64,000 nucleotides of DNA, taken from positions 2,694 to 66,693 of the forward strand of contig CBDUXI010000002.1 in NCBI GenBank assembly GCA_965371175.1. Direction: 5' to 3'. Origin of the DNA: an uncultured bacterium (GTDB taxonomy: Bacteria; Nitrospirota; JACRHL01). The notes beneath the pieces were generated by a model that saw only the letters and a list, made by a program, of their open reading frames with translations, was not told the DNA's origin and did not search any database. This document shows, piece by piece, positions 37,886 through 48,826 of the stretch. The stretch's first letter is position 1, and every line of letters starts with the position of its first letter. The position numbers and the translations under genes were made by a program.

Positions 37886-40800
37886 CAGCTATGCTCCTGC
37901 CATTCACGCAAAGTAGCAGTGCTTTGGAGGTCGAGCGCGATTGCATCGGCGTCGGCCAAGGCGGCAGATCGCAGCCAAAATCGTTTCTGAGTGAGCTTAA
38001 CGACGTATAGGTGCTTTCCGGAGAAAATCCGAAAGTCCGGAATCAGTTGGAAATTTCCGGGTAGAGGCTGATGGATTTCATCGGATATACGGGAAAGTAC
38101 TTTACCAATAGAGAGATTATTTTCTTCAACATAATCGCTCCGTGACTTCGCCCTCTCCCCCAAAGTTAAGCGCAAAATTGCTAAGTCATTGTTTTTCGCT
38201 TCAAGCGCTACCTCGATCGCATACCCATCGTCGAACCAGTCTCTTAAACTGCGAACCAACGTCTTTCCATATGCGCCCCGCTCGTCGCGATTCGCGGGTT
38301 TCCAAATGTCGGGGAACCTGCTTTGACTCGGTTGTGCAGCTGGGATTAACTTCGTGACACCATCTTCAATCAGGATAACTTCATCGGCTGAAAGACAAAA
38401 ATATTCGTATGTAAGGCGGTCGATATTATCCATCAAATCACTGTCGTCACCCCGCAGGACGGAATTTGCTTCTAGGTTTGTGAGAGCTTGGTCTATGACT
38501 TGAACAAGTTCGACGGCCGCGCGTCGCGACTGTTCGGGGTTAGGTGTATCCTCAGGGGAGGGAAACGGCAACCGTAACAACTCTGCCTGTTGTACCACCG
38601 GTCGATCTGATCCAAAGGACGCGGTGCCGTGGAACGCAAACCAGATGGCCAACTTGCTGTTCAGCAGTGCTGCAAGCAACTTCCCTCGGTTTTTTTCACG
38701 CTGCGGGACAGTAATGGCCTGAATAATGTGCCGAAACGTAACAGGGCTTTCTATATAGGCAGCGCGAAGCCGCATTGGATTGGTGCTTATACCACGCGGT
38801 ATGAGGACACGCGGTCCTTGGAAGCCTCGTTCAAATCCTTTTCGACGGACATTCCCATTCTTCCAGGCCCGGAGATCTGAAACGTCTTGGGCAAGCCTCG
38901 TGAATTCTTTAATCGGCAGGAAAGGCGCTGTTGCGACAATGTCGCTGTGGTTTTTGTCCTCGATATTATCGGGGGGCTGATTAACGTTCGATGGTTGAAA
39001 CCCTTGTCCTATTATCCAGCCAGCTTGTCCTACCTGTTCCCTACGACTGAGGTAGCCAAATTCGTTTATAGTTTCGCTCATATTCGGTAGTGTCAGCATG
39101 TAATTAAAGAGCTTCTCATCAGGCCCGCTCATCCAAAGACGGCGCTTGAAGACAAACGGATCCTTTATTGCCATGCTGATATTAATAGAACTCTTGTCAG
39201 CGCTACTGAGCGTGATCAGTCTCTTGATTCGTAAATTCAGATCGGCTTTTGGAACCCAGTAGTCAAAGCAATACTGAGGAGTTCGCGACACCGGTTTTTC
39301 CAAGACAATAAGGGCAGCGGGGCGAACTGCACCTTCAAAAAGTTGAAATCGCAGGTCAGAAAAATTAATGATGCGACGAACGCGAGATTCGGTCATGAGT
39401 CGCTTGCGAGCGGCCACGGTACTTGTCGCGTGATTGTGCAGAAAACCCATAGCCGGTAAAAGAAAAGCAACAATACCGTTGTCACTCATATGGCGAAGCG
39501 ACTTCCACGTAAATGCCCAAGCATCCTCCCTGCTCGGCATTGGCAGCCGTTCTTCGTCGCACCACGATACAGAAGAGCGGTTTTCTCCGCGTCGGCTGGA
39601 CCACGGTGGGTTGCCAATAATGACATTGAACTTGAAGCTGTCTATTGGGACTGTGAAGAAATCCTGACAGCGTAGAGTCTTTCCCCACAATTCCGGGAGC
39701 ATCCTGCCTCTTCTCGCGAGTGTGCGAATTTCTGGTGGGCTGACTTCCTCCAGAAGGGCTATATAAAGTGAGAACACGGCGACGCGAACGGAGCCGCTGT
39801 TCAAATCCCAACCGTGCAGCCGCGAGATGATTGCGAGCAAGCTATCCCAGCGCAACTTCCTAGACTTACGGGACTCCCGCCAATTCTCACATAGGCGTTG
39901 AAATGTTCTCACCAGGAAAACACCGGAACCGCATGCCGGATCAAGAAAAGTGCCCTTCTCTCTCGTTGGGGCGGGAAGAAGGTCCCAGACTTGAGAAATA
40001 ACCGTATCAGCCAGGAACATGGGGGTGTAGTAAGCGCCTTGTTCCCGGCGCTTAGCTTCCTGCTCACCCAGAAACCGATCGTATACAGCGCTGATTAGCT
40101 CAACCGGAATGTATTTGAAGTTGTATCCCCAGAAGCGATATTGAGAACCTTCCCTGGCCATCTCCTCACGACCGGAACGAAAACGTGCGAGAATCCCCAA
40201 CTGACCGCCGGTCAGTTGGGGATGATGGGAACGAGTGTCGAACGAACACGGCGCGACGAAGAGATCACCGTTAAACTCTTTCCTGAGCTTGCTAAACAGG
40301 CGACTCAGCGCGCTGGTGTTTCCCGACTCAAGAAGAGAAGAAAAGCTGTCGGCCGCGCCGCTGGATGCGTCAAGGTAGTGCTGTGCGTCGGTGATGTCTC
40401 GATCTTCCAGATAGGCGATAAACATTGCCTGAATAAGCAATGCTTGAGCGGCGTCGGAAGAAAGGTCTGCTGCGCACAGGAGTCGATGACATTCACTCAG
40501 ATTAGTCAGCAGGACTTGGTCGATCCGCTCTTTCTGGACGAAGTACTCGGAATGTTCAGCCCAAAGACGGCCAGATTCAGCCCCGTAAACGAGCCCTTTG
40601 ATCTCAAGGGCATTGGCTACCGCATTAAGTGTTTCCAGCAAGCAACGATCATCAAATTTCTCATCCAGTCCAATGAAAGGCTTACGCACGAGTGAGAACG
40701 CGCGCACTGTATCTCCGGCGATTACCAGAAGGAGGCTTGCTAACCCTTGATTCCAAAGTGATGCATGAAGATCGATAACGGCTGTCTGGTCATATTCTTC

Positions 40801-41007
40801 CGTGCGAAGAATAGCTATGGTTGGAACACCTTGGACACAGAATACAGCTGACAATCCCAAGTCGCTGAGCGCGGCGCGTAGGGCACCCGCATGCGGTGAC
40901 TCCCTGACTGAAGCTTCTGTTTCAAAAAGCTCCGGCACTCCGCGCTCTGATAGATCAAGTCGATCTTTCCAGACTTCATCAAGCGGAAGCGCTCTTGGCG
41001 CGGTCAT
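37885..41007 (-). CDS. MmeI/PglX-like gamma-class N6-adenine DNA methyltransferase (1040 aa) with N-terminal extension and C-terminal target-recognition region
   Basis: Motif I 'FLDPACGSGVFLV' and motif IV 'IIGNPPW'. Preceded by 'YYTPMFLADTV' and 'YNFKYIPVELISAVYDRFL'. AGGAGAG RBS lies 5 nt upstream of ATG 41007. Confidence 0.75.
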   Translation of the reverse strand: MTAPRALPLDEVWKDRLDLSERGVPELFETEASVRESPHAGALRAALSDLGLSAVFCVQGVPTIAILRTEEYDQTAVIDLHASLWNQGLASLLLVIAGDTVRAFSLVRKPFIGLDEKFDDRCLLETLNAVANALEIKGLVYGAESGRLWAEHSEYFVQKERIDQVLLTNLSECHRLLCAADLSSDAAQALLIQAMFIAYLEDRDITDAQHYLDASSGAADSFSSLLESGNTSALSRLFSKLRKEFNGDLFVAPCSFDTRSHHPQLTGGQLGILARFRSGREEMAREGSQYRFWGYNFKYIPVELISAVYDRFLGEQEAKRREQGAYYTPMFLADTVISQVWDLLPAPTREKGTFLDPACGSGVFLVRTFQRLCENWRESRKSRKLRWDSLLAIISRLHGWDLNSGSVRVAVFSLYIALLEEVSPPEIRTLARRGRMLPELWGKTLRCQDFFTVPIDSFKFNVIIGNPPWSSRRGENRSSVSWCDEERLPMPSREDAWAFTWKSLRHMSDNGIVAFLLPAMGFLHNHATSTVAARKRLMTESRVRRIINFSDLRFQLFEGAVRPAALIVLEKPVSRTPQYCFDYWVPKADLNLRIKRLITLSSADKSSINISMAIKDPFVFKRRLWMSGPDEKLFNYMLTLPNMSETINEFGYLSRREQVGQAGWIIGQGFQPSNVNQPPDNIEDKNHSDIVATAPFLPIKEFTRLAQDVSDLRAWKNGNVRRKGFERGFQGPRVLIPRGISTNPMRLRAAYIESPVTFRHIIQAITVPQREKNRGKLLAALLNSKLAIWFAFHGTASFGSDRPVVQQAELLRLPFPSPEDTPNPEQSRRAAVELVQVIDQALTNLEANSVLRGDDSDLMDNIDRLTYEYFCLSADEVILIEDGVTKLIPAAQPSQSRFPDIWKPANRDERGAYGKTLVRSLRDWFDDGYAIEVALEAKNNDLAILRLTLGERAKSRSDYVEENNLSIGKVLSRISDEIHQPLPGNFQLIPDFRIFSGKHLYVVKLTQKRFWLRSAALADADAIALDLQSTATLREWQEHS

Positions 41008-41189
41008 CTAACTCTCCTGCGTGCAACGGTGCCGTGGCCAATGTCACAAAATCTCAACGATACAATACATGATTTTCCATTGGTCTCGGCCCGGTTTCTT
41101 GGCGGATACAGCCTACCCGAGGTCGTCGTGGGCGGCGCTTCCTTGGCCGTTCTCCACAGTTCTGCCACCTCACCTTGGCGGGAGGGCGG

Positions 41190-41768
41190 CTATTCCGGCG
41201 GCGGACCCAGGTGCTCTTTTAATATCTGTCCCAGTAAACACAACGGCAGGCCCACCACCGTAAAGTAGTCGCCGGTCACCCCTTCCACGAACACCGCGCC
41301 TTTTTCCTGAATGCCGTAGGCGCCGGCCTTGTCCATGGGTTCGCCGGTTTCCACGTAGGCGGTGATCTCGGCTTCTGACATTTTGCGGAAACGTACGCGG
41401 GTGGCGGAGGCGGTCACGGTTTCCTGATCGCCCGGCCCCAGCACTGCCACGGCGGTCCATACCGTATGTTCCCGGCCTGCAAGGCGGCGCAGCATGGCCT
41501 GTGCATCCGGCACGTCCACCGGCTTGCCCAACTGCTTGCCGTCCAGTTCCACGATGGTATCGCAGCCAATGACCACCCCGTCCGGGTTTTCTCCCTTCGC
41601 CGCTTCCGCCTTGACTGTTGCCAGCCGCAGGGCGGTTTTTTCGGCGGATTCTCCGGATATGGGGGTTTCGTCCACGTCCACGCTAGTGACATCAAACCCA
41701 TAGCCCAAATGGCCAAACAGCTCCCTGCGCCTTGGGGAGGCGGAGGCCAGCAGTATTTTTTTGCTCAT
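41190..41768 (-). CDS. maf: Maf-family nucleoside triphosphate pyrophosphatase
   Basis: 'LLASASPRRRELF' and 'GCDTIV' are Maf motifs. Confidence 0.85.
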   Translation of the reverse strand: MSKKILLASASPRRRELFGHLGYGFDVTSVDVDETPISGESAEKTALRLATVKAEAAKGENPDGVVIGCDTIVELDGKQLGKPVDVPDAQAMLRRLAGREHTVWTAVAVLGPGDQETVTASATRVRFRKMSEAEITAYVETGEPMDKAGAYGIQEKGAVFVEGVTGDYFTVVGLPLCLLGQILKEHLGPPPE

Positions 41769-42730
41769 TTCGACTTTTTTTCCAGCGCGGCCAGCACTTT
41801 TAAAAAATCGTCCGGCGGCGGGGCGTCAAACGTCACCTCTTCCGCCGTTTCCGGGTGGATAAAGGCCAGCCGTGCGGCGTGCAGCATCTGCCGGGGAATC
41901 GCCAGCCCCGATGGATGGGCCTGTTTGCCGCCGTAGGTGGGGTCGCCCAGCACCGGGTGGCCGATGTGGGTTAAATGCACGCGAATCTGGTGGGTGCGAC
42001 CGGTTTCCAGCTTTAACTCCAGCAGCGCCGCCTGTTGCCCAAACGTCTGCATGGTCCGGTAGTGGGTCACCGCGTCTCTGGGGGTGTCGGTGTGTCTGGA
42101 GAAACGCTTGCGGTCGTTCCGGTCGCGCCCGATGGCAAGGCTCACGGTGCCGTGGGCGGGTTTGGGTACGCCCGCAACCAGCGCCCGGTATCTACGGTCC
42201 ATGTTGTGGGCCTTGAACTGGGCGGACAGCCCTTTGTGGCCCAGGTCGGACTTGGCCACCACCATCAGGCCTGATGTGTCCTTGTCCAGCCGGTGGACGA
42301 TGCCCGGGCGTTCCCTGCCGCCGATGCCGGACAGCCCCTTCAGGTGGTGCAGCAGGGCGTTGACCAGGGTGCCGGTCCAGTTGCCGGGGGCCGGGTGGGT
42401 GACCATGCCGGCGGGCTTGTTGACGATCGCCAGATGATCGTCCTCGTAGACGATGGGCAGCGGAATATCCTCGGCACAAATTTCGATGGCCGATGGTGTA
42501 GGGATGGTGGCGATGATCGTGTCGCCGCCCTTCACCTTGTAACTGGTGCGCACGGGCTTGCCGTCCACGGTGACCAGTTCCGCCTCGATCAGCCGCTGGG
42601 ACTGGGACCTGGACGGGGCGATGCCGTGTTCTGTCAGGTAGCTGTCGATGCGTACCGGGCGGGTGCTGTCCGGTACAGTCAACACCGACCGTTGGCCTTC
42701 CTGTGTTTCGTCGTTCACCGCAGGAAGCAC
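41765..42730 (-). CDS. rluD: 23S rRNA pseudouridine synthase, RluA family (RluD-like) with S4 domain
   Basis: S4 N-terminus 'RIDSYL'. Catalytic 'HRLDKDTSGLMVVAK'. 'LHAARLAF'. Confidence 0.85.
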   Translation of the reverse strand: MLPAVNDETQEGQRSVLTVPDSTRPVRIDSYLTEHGIAPSRSQSQRLIEAELVTVDGKPVRTSYKVKGGDTIIATIPTPSAIEICAEDIPLPIVYEDDHLAIVNKPAGMVTHPAPGNWTGTLVNALLHHLKGLSGIGGRERPGIVHRLDKDTSGLMVVAKSDLGHKGLSAQFKAHNMDRRYRALVAGVPKPAHGTVSLAIGRDRNDRKRFSRHTDTPRDAVTHYRTMQTFGQQAALLELKLETGRTHQIRVHLTHIGHPVLGDPTYGGKQAHPSGLAIPRQMLHAARLAFIHPETAEEVTFDAPPPDDFLKVLAALEKKSK

Positions 42731-42818
42731 CCGGATAGGGGATATAATTGAACAACGTTCATAATAGTTTGAATAATTGAACGATGTTCACAGGCTCCCC
42801 TTGCGGGGGGCGAGGTGC

Positions 42819-43787
42819 TCAGTTGGCAGCGGGCTCCTGCCCGGATTTGGGCAGGGGAAACGGGAACCAGTCGTGTATCTGTCCGGCAACGGTGTCGCGT
42901 TGCTCCCGGCAGCGCTCCAGCCGCGGGTGTCCGGGGAACAGGGCCTCCGCTTCGTCCCAGTGGGCCAGGGCGGCGCGGGTTTCGCCCTGATTGTATAAAA
43001 AATCGGCCAGGTCCAGGTGGGCGTGCACGTTGTGCGGGTTGGCTTCCACCGCGCGGGTCAGTAGATCGCGGGCCCGGCGGAACTCCCCGGATTTTAAGGC
43101 AAAAAGCCCCAGCATTCTGAGCGGTTCGTCGGCATTGGGGGCCAGGGCCACGGCCCGCTCCCAGGCGGTTACCGCTGCCACCGGGCGCTTTAAGTGATGG
43201 TAGATACGCCCCAGCATCACATAGGCGTTGACGTTATTCGGGTGGCACAGGGCCATCTCGCCGTACAACTCCAGCGCCTCCTTGAACTGCCCCATGCACA
43301 ACAGGATTTGCCCCTTGATTTCCATGGGCGGCAGGTATTCCGGGTCTACGGCGATGGCCCGGTCCAGGTACGAGACCGCCAGTTCGTGCTGGGCCAGCTT
43401 TTCGTAGGCGAGTCCCGCATGAAACAGCAGGTCCGGGTCGTGGGCGCGCTCGGACAAGAGCAGGGTATAGAGCGTCAGCGCCCCCTCCGGGTCACCCTGG
43501 GCCAGGCGGATGTTGGCTTTCAGCAGATACAGGTCTTTTTGCGCTTCGGTGACCGGGCAGGTGTTTTCCGGATCGTCCAGTTCCGACCAGGAGAACGCCT
43601 GATCCACCAGTTCCTCGGCCATGGGGTAATAACCGCGTTCCATGTACACACGGGTCAGGTTCAGGGCGATTTCCAGACAGCGGGGATACCGGTCCAGCCC
43701 GTCCTTTAACAGGTCGACCGCCTTGAGCCAGTTGCCCTGGTCCAGGGCCGCAAAGGCGCGGTGGTTACGGCTTTTACGGCTGCTCAC
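42819..43787 (-). CDS. TPR-repeat protein
   Basis: Several TPR units. Overlaps the lspA stop by 4 nt. Confidence 0.65.
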   Translation of the reverse strand: MSSRKSRNHRAFAALDQGNWLKAVDLLKDGLDRYPRCLEIALNLTRVYMERGYYPMAEELVDQAFSWSELDDPENTCPVTEAQKDLYLLKANIRLAQGDPEGALTLYTLLLSERAHDPDLLFHAGLAYEKLAQHELAVSYLDRAIAVDPEYLPPMEIKGQILLCMGQFKEALELYGEMALCHPNNVNAYVMLGRIYHHLKRPVAAVTAWERAVALAPNADEPLRMLGLFALKSGEFRRARDLLTRAVEANPHNVHAHLDLADFLYNQGETRAALAHWDEAEALFPGHPRLERCREQRDTVAGQIHDWFPFPLPKSGQEPAAN

Positions 43788-44347
43788 TTCATGCTTCCCG
43801 GTTCTTCCGTTTGCTCTGGTAGCGGTTCGGTGCTGGTGGCTGATTCATGCACTTCCCCAGTCTCAATGTGCCGGTGCCGCCAACTGGCCCATAAAAACAG
43901 GCAGATGCCGACGGTGATGGCTGAGTCTGCAATGTTAAAGGCGGGCCAGTGGTACGGTCCAGCATGAATGTCGATGAAGTCCACCACTTCCCCCATCCGA
44001 ATCCGATCGATCAGGTTGCCGATGGCACCGCCGATCACCAGCGCGGCGGCCACGCGAGCCAGTTTTTCGTGTGCGTGGGTTTTTAAAAAAAACACGGTGA
44101 GCAGCACCACCGCGAGGGCCGATACCCCCACCAGCAGCCAACTGCGTGTCTGTTCGCTGGCGTTTGCCAGAATACCGAAGGCCGCGCCCCGGTTACGCAC
44201 CGAGGTGATATCGAGCACGCCGGGGATGATCGTAACCGATTGAAACAGAATCATTTTCTGGACGATCAGGGATTTGGTGAACTGGTCTGCCGCCACCAGC
44301 ACGGCGGGGACGGCAAACAGCAGGGCCAGTGGCGAACGTGCACCCAT
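43784..44347 (-). CDS. lspA: lipoprotein signal peptidase II
   Basis: 'AADQFTKSL', 'NRGAAFG' and 'FNIADSAI' are SPase II boxes. Start adjusted to ATG 44347, which shares a TAATG junction with ileS. Confidence 0.8.
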   Translation of the reverse strand: MGARSPLALLFAVPAVLVAADQFTKSLIVQKMILFQSVTIIPGVLDITSVRNRGAAFGILANASEQTRSWLLVGVSALAVVLLTVFFLKTHAHEKLARVAAALVIGGAIGNLIDRIRMGEVVDFIDIHAGPYHWPAFNIADSAITVGICLFLWASWRHRHIETGEVHESATSTEPLPEQTEEPGSMK

Positions 44348-47157
44348 TACGCGATTCCTTCCACCACGGTGGCGCAGCGGCCGCACACGGTGGGGTGGGC
44401 GGGGTGTTGTCCCACGTCTTCCCGGTAGATCCAGCAACGTTCGCACTTGGTACCGGAAGCTTTTTCCACCAGCACCTTGAGGCCGTCCATCTCTTCCGCC
44501 GGACAGGCCGCGGGCGGGGCTTCACGTAGCGGTTTGACCTGCGCCTGGGAGGTAATGAGCAGGTACGGCAAAAATTCACCGTCGTACCCTTTGGTAAATT
44601 CAAGCAATTCGCCGTCTGCATAGAGGGTCACTGCCGCCTCCAGAGAGTGGCGGATTTCCTTGTCCCGGCGTTTGCCCTCGATCTCGCGGGTGGCCTCGCC
44701 CCGGATCTGGCGGAACCGCTCCCAGCAGGCGGCAAGCTCCTCGTCGATCCAGGCCGGGTCGGCTTTTGGAAGATCGGCCAGATGCACGCTTTCTTCCCGT
44801 TCCCAGCCTTCCGGCATGTGCTCCCAGATTTCCTCGGCGGTAAACGACAGCACCGGTGCCATGAGTTTGGTGAGGGCCATGAGCATGCGGTACATCACCC
44901 CCTGGGTGGCACGACGCGCCGGATCGTCCGCCGCCTCGCAGTAGATGGCGTCCTTGGTGATGTCCAGATAGAAGGTGGACAGGTCGACGACACAAAAGCG
45001 GTTTAAGGTGTGCACCACCTGATGAAAGGCGTATTGGTCATACCCTTCGCGCACCTGCGAGATGACCTCGTTCAAGCGGCCCAGTGCCCAGCGATCCAGC
45101 CCGGTCAGGCCTTCCTCTGGCATGCCGTGGCTGTTCGGGTCGTAATCGCCGAGGCTGGCCAGCAGAAAGCGGCAGGTATTGCGGATCTTGCGGTAGGTTT
45201 CCACCAGGTGGGAGACGATCTCGTTCGAGAAGCGAATATCGTCCTGGTAATCCTCCGCCGCCACCCACAGGCGCAGGATTTCCGCGCCGTACTGCTTGAT
45301 GATCTTTTCCGGGGCCACCACGTTGCCGGTGCTTTTGGACATTTTTTTGCCCTGGCCGTCCACCACAAAGCCGTGGGTCAGCACCGCCCGGTAGGGGGCC
45401 TGCTTATCCACGCCGATGCCCACCAGCAGCGAGCTGTGGAACCAGCCCCGGTGCTGGTCGGAGCCTTCCAGATACAGGTCGGCGGGCCAGCTTAACGCCT
45501 CCCGGCGGCGCAGCACGGCGGCGTGGCTCACGCCGGAGTCGAACCACACGTCCAGAATATTGCGTTCGGGGGTTACATCCCCGCTACCGCACGCCTCACA
45601 GGCGGCGTTTGTGGGCAGCAGGCCGGTATCGTCGGGATCAAACCAGAAGTCCACCCCTTCGGTGTCCGCCCGCTCGGCCATTTTATCGATCCAGTCGGCG
45701 TCGATGGTGGCCTCGCCGCAGGCGGTGCAGCCGTGGGCGATGATCGGCACGCCCCATACCCGCTGGCGGGAAATGCACCAGTCGGGCCGCCCTTCCATCA
45801 TGCCGTGGATGCGCTCCCGGCCCCATTTTGGGATCCACTCCACCTTGTCGATGGCATTCAGGGTGCGCTCCCGCAGGTCGTTCGCCTCCATCGAGATAAA
45901 CCACTGGGGCGTGGACCTGAAAATGACCGGTTTTTTGCAGCGCCAGCAGTGGGGGTAGCTGTGGCGGATTGGCAGGTGGGCCAGCAATTTGCCCCGCTCT
46001 TGTAAATATTCGATGATGGCCGGGTTGGCCTGCCACACCTTTTGCCCGGCCCACAGGGGCACCTGATCGGTAAAGCGGCCCAGGGAGTCCACCGGGGCGA
46101 ACACCTCCAGGTCGTGGGCCAGCCCCACCACGTAGTCGTCCTGACCGTGGCCGGGGGCGGTGTGGACGGCGCCGGTACCGGCTTCCAGGGTGACATGTTC
46201 TCCAGAGATGACCGGCACGGTGAAATTCAGAAACGGATGGTGTGCCGTGAGACCCACCAGGTTTTTTCCCGGAATTTCGATATCCCCGTAATTGGCTTCC
46301 GCGGGGCGCGGGTCCTGGATGTCACTCCAGACTTGGCCTGCCCGGTGGTATGCGACGATGATTGGCCCGTGTTCGGTTGTATGCAGGACCGTGAATTTGT
46401 CTTTTTTGTTGATGCACACGGCCCGGTTTGCGGGCAAAGTCCACGGGGTGGTGGTCCAGATAGCAATGGCGGTGCCTTCCGGTACGCCCAGTTTTTTTAC
46501 TGCCTCATCTGTGAGCGGAAAGCGCACATAGATGGACGGGGAGGTGACGTCGGCGTACTCCACCTCGGCCTCGGCCAGGGCGGTTTCGCAGCTGGCGCAC
46601 CAGTGCACCGGCTTTTTGCCCTTGTAAACGCCGCCTGCGCGCACAAATTTTGCCAGTTGCCGCAGGGTATCGGCCTCGTACAGGGGGTCCATGGTGAGGT
46701 ACGGATTGTCCCACTCGCCCAGCACCCCCAGCCGGGCGAATTCGTCCCGCTGCACGGCCACAAATTTTTCTGCGTGTTCCCGGCACACCTTGCGGACCTG
46801 CACCTGGGTCATGTCGTGGCGTTTGCTGCCCAGCTTTTTGAGTACCTGATGCTCGATGGGCAGGCCGTGACAGTCCCAGCCGGGTACGTACGGGGCGTCA
46901 AAGCCGTTCATGGTGCGGCTTTTGACGATGATGTCCTTCAAAATCTTGTTTAACGCATGGCCCATGTGGATATGGCCGTTGGCGTACGGGGGGCCGTCAT
47001 GGAGCACAAAACGGGTGCGGCCCGCCGATTTTTTGCGGATTTTGCCGTACAGATCCGCTTCCAGCCACCGGGCCAGCCGTTCCGGTTCCCGCTGGGGCAG
47101 GTTGCCCTTCATCGGAAAGCGGGTGGCGGGGAGGTGAAGAGTGTCTTTGTAATCCAT
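44347..47157 (-). CDS. ileS: isoleucine--tRNA ligase
   Basis: '[15 protein letters not shown]' HIGH motif, the KMSKS region 'KKMSKSTGN' and C-terminal zinc Cys motifs. Length of 936 aa. Confidence 0.95.
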   Translation of the reverse strand: MDYKDTLHLPATRFPMKGNLPQREPERLARWLEADLYGKIRKKSAGRTRFVLHDGPPYANGHIHMGHALNKILKDIIVKSRTMNGFDAPYVPGWDCHGLPIEHQVLKKLGSKRHDMTQVQVRKVCREHAEKFVAVQRDEFARLGVLGEWDNPYLTMDPLYEADTLRQLAKFVRAGGVYKGKKPVHWCASCETALAEAEVEYADVTSPSIYVRFPLTDEAVKKLGVPEGTAIAIWTTTPWTLPANRAVCINKKDKFTVLHTTEHGPIIVAYHRAGQVWSDIQDPRPAEANYGDIEIPGKNLVGLTAHHPFLNFTVPVISGEHVTLEAGTGAVHTAPGHGQDDYVVGLAHDLEVFAPVDSLGRFTDQVPLWAGQKVWQANPAIIEYLQERGKLLAHLPIRHSYPHCWRCKKPVIFRSTPQWFISMEANDLRERTLNAIDKVEWIPKWGRERIHGMMEGRPDWCISRQRVWGVPIIAHGCTACGEATIDADWIDKMAERADTEGVDFWFDPDDTGLLPTNAACEACGSGDVTPERNILDVWFDSGVSHAAVLRRREALSWPADLYLEGSDQHRGWFHSSLLVGIGVDKQAPYRAVLTHGFVVDGQGKKMSKSTGNVVAPEKIIKQYGAEILRLWVAAEDYQDDIRFSNEIVSHLVETYRKIRNTCRFLLASLGDYDPNSHGMPEEGLTGLDRWALGRLNEVISQVREGYDQYAFHQVVHTLNRFCVVDLSTFYLDITKDAIYCEAADDPARRATQGVMYRMLMALTKLMAPVLSFTAEEIWEHMPEGWEREESVHLADLPKADPAWIDEELAACWERFRQIRGEATREIEGKRRDKEIRHSLEAAVTLYADGELLEFTKGYDGEFLPYLLITSQAQVKPLREAPPAACPAEEMDGLKVLVEKASGTKCERCWIYREDVGQHPAHPTVCGRCATVVEGIA

Positions 47158-47311
47158 CTACAACAGGTAAAAATGCGGGGCAACGACCCGTGTGGTCGCA
47201 AGTTGTAAAGGATATCGGTGGCGGCTAGCGCAGGTCAATCAGTGAACGGTGCAATGAACGGGGCAGGGTGCGCGTAAATGAAGGGCGCGAAGTACGCGGA
47301 GACAGGAGGAA

Positions 47312-47348
47312 AGGGCGGGCCGAACCCCAGGTTCGGCCCGCTTTTTTC
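47312..47348. terminator. hairpin GCGGGCCGAACC-CCAG-GTTCGGCCCGC flanked by an A-run and a T-run (bidirectional-terminator-like) directly after the stop of 47349..48356
   Basis: Seen in sequence. Strong hairpin + TTTTTTCTT on the plus strand; the A-tract side faces the minus-strand gene. Confidence 0.55.
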
Positions 47349-48356
47349 TTACACGTCCGGTTCGTTCAGGGAGACCGAATCGAAGCGGGTCAGGTGGTTG
47401 ACCCGGATCAGGCGGGCGATATCGTTGGTATAGGCGCTGCCTCGCTCGCTGTATTTGAGCAGGGTGTGGGCCAGGGTAACCGGTGCATCCGGGTGATCCA
47501 GATCGGTAATCTGTGCGCGGCTGGAGCGGAAGTCTTTATAGGCCCAGTGGCTGTTCAGGTTACGCAGGTACGAGCGCACCGAGCTTGCCAGGTCCGGAAA
47601 TACGGCCAGTTCGTGCTTCAGCCCTGCGGTGCGGCTGTTGGGGATGATGCCGGTGCCCGGGGTGAAGGTCCATTCGCCAAACAGGTTGTTGCCTTCGTCG
47701 GCAAAGCGCGAGGTGCCCCAGCCGGACTCGAAAGCCGACATGGCCAGCGCCAGGGAGAGCGGCACCTGATTGACCCGCTGCGTGAGTTCGGCCCGCGCCT
47801 TGCGACGGGTCGGGTCGCCCTTTACCCGGTAGTTTCTGGCCAGCTCGTTCAGCCAGAGCGTATCGAGTGCGCCCGGCCTTTGTCCCTGCTCAATGCGCTC
47901 AATCAGCGTCAGCAATCGCGTCCGGTCCTTTAAAATACGCTCGTTCTCCATCAATACGATGGGCAGCATGGCCTGAAAAAACAGTTGTTTACGCTCGGAG
48001 GGGGCGGCGATGTCGGTAATGTCCGAAGGAAACGCAGCCAGCCGTACCCGGGGCACGGACGGAGACTTGTCGCGCCAGTTGTAGCCGACGGCCTGAAAGT
48101 ATTGTTTCAGGTGCAAGACGCTCGGCGCGTCCAGATCGATGACCGGCATGACCTCTTCTGCAAAAATATCCGGGATGCCGTCCACCGTCTGGTAGGACGG
48201 AGTGTGTGACATGGACGCCACCAGTGGCGTGGGCAGCATGGCCGCTGTTTCCGGGCCGTTGGGAAAAGCCGTGTAGGAGATGCCGGTGGCGGCTGCCGCC
48301 ACGATCCATCCCATGAGAAGTACTGCCAGCGTTTGCGCTCTGTGGGTCATATTCAA
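47349..48356 (-). CDS. Bax/glucosaminidase-domain protein (FlgJ-C-like muramidase domain) with N-terminal signal/anchor
   Basis: 'SLALAMSAFESGWGTSRFADEGNNLFG' is typical of the mannosyl-glycoprotein endo-beta-N-acetylglucosaminidase family. Confidence 0.65.
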   Translation of the reverse strand: MNMTHRAQTLAVLLMGWIVAAAATGISYTAFPNGPETAAMLPTPLVASMSHTPSYQTVDGIPDIFAEEVMPVIDLDAPSVLHLKQYFQAVGYNWRDKSPSVPRVRLAAFPSDITDIAAPSERKQLFFQAMLPIVLMENERILKDRTRLLTLIERIEQGQRPGALDTLWLNELARNYRVKGDPTRRKARAELTQRVNQVPLSLALAMSAFESGWGTSRFADEGNNLFGEWTFTPGTGIIPNSRTAGLKHELAVFPDLASSVRSYLRNLNSHWAYKDFRSSRAQITDLDHPDAPVTLAHTLLKYSERGSAYTNDIARLIRVNHLTRFDSVSLNEPDV

Positions 48357-48711
48357 TCCGTTTCAATCTTATACATAGCATGGCGGCTTCCGCCGCGCTC
48401 TACGGGGTATATACACAAGCCCCGTGCCACATCGTCGAAAATCAATTAAAAATGTTTATATACCGTACATTTACTCTGTCCGATGGGCAACAAAAATATG
48501 CTTTTAAATGGGTGGATATTTGTCTCATGTGATTGAATATATTGTGTTTTAACGCTGTTTTCTGGGTGCGTTCAGGCGGGCTTGTCAGCCGCAGGGGTGT
48601 GGGCCGTATAAAACTGTTTTTTGGGGACGATCGGGCCGGTTCCAGTGCCTGGGGGTGTGAAATGGTTTTCCGTAAATGGTGACGGTGCCTCCAATCAGGG
48701 CACGATCTGCG

Positions 48712-48738
48712 CCCCCCCTTTTTAGGGGGGTATTTTCC
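48712..48738 (+). terminator. intrinsic terminator-like hairpin (C7-TTTTTA-G6 followed by TATTTTCC) ending a structured GC-rich noncoding segment
   Basis: Seen in sequence. Lies about 90 nt upstream of the small ORF at 48827. Confidence 0.4.
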
Positions 48739-48826
48739 TGTTTATCCGGGCACTTGCTGCTAGAATACGGGGTCTCAAGTCAGGCCGCCGTGGGCGGCGC
48801 CGGGGTACAGTCAGGGAGTACGGGAT

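Larger units (their letters stand above)
37200..41100. other. low-GC island (putative horizontally acquired) carrying a 2-gene restriction-modification-like module
   Basis: Visibly AT-richer by eye (about 50% vs about 65% GC), with different codon usage. Inserted between convergent host genes (the ABC-2 permease and maf). No integrase or transposase is present. Confidence 0.6.

Noticed and set aside
37200-41100. Mobile element call for the low-GC island
   Set aside because: No integrase, transposase, terminal inverted repeats or flanking direct repeats were visible. It is annotated only as a putative HGT island.
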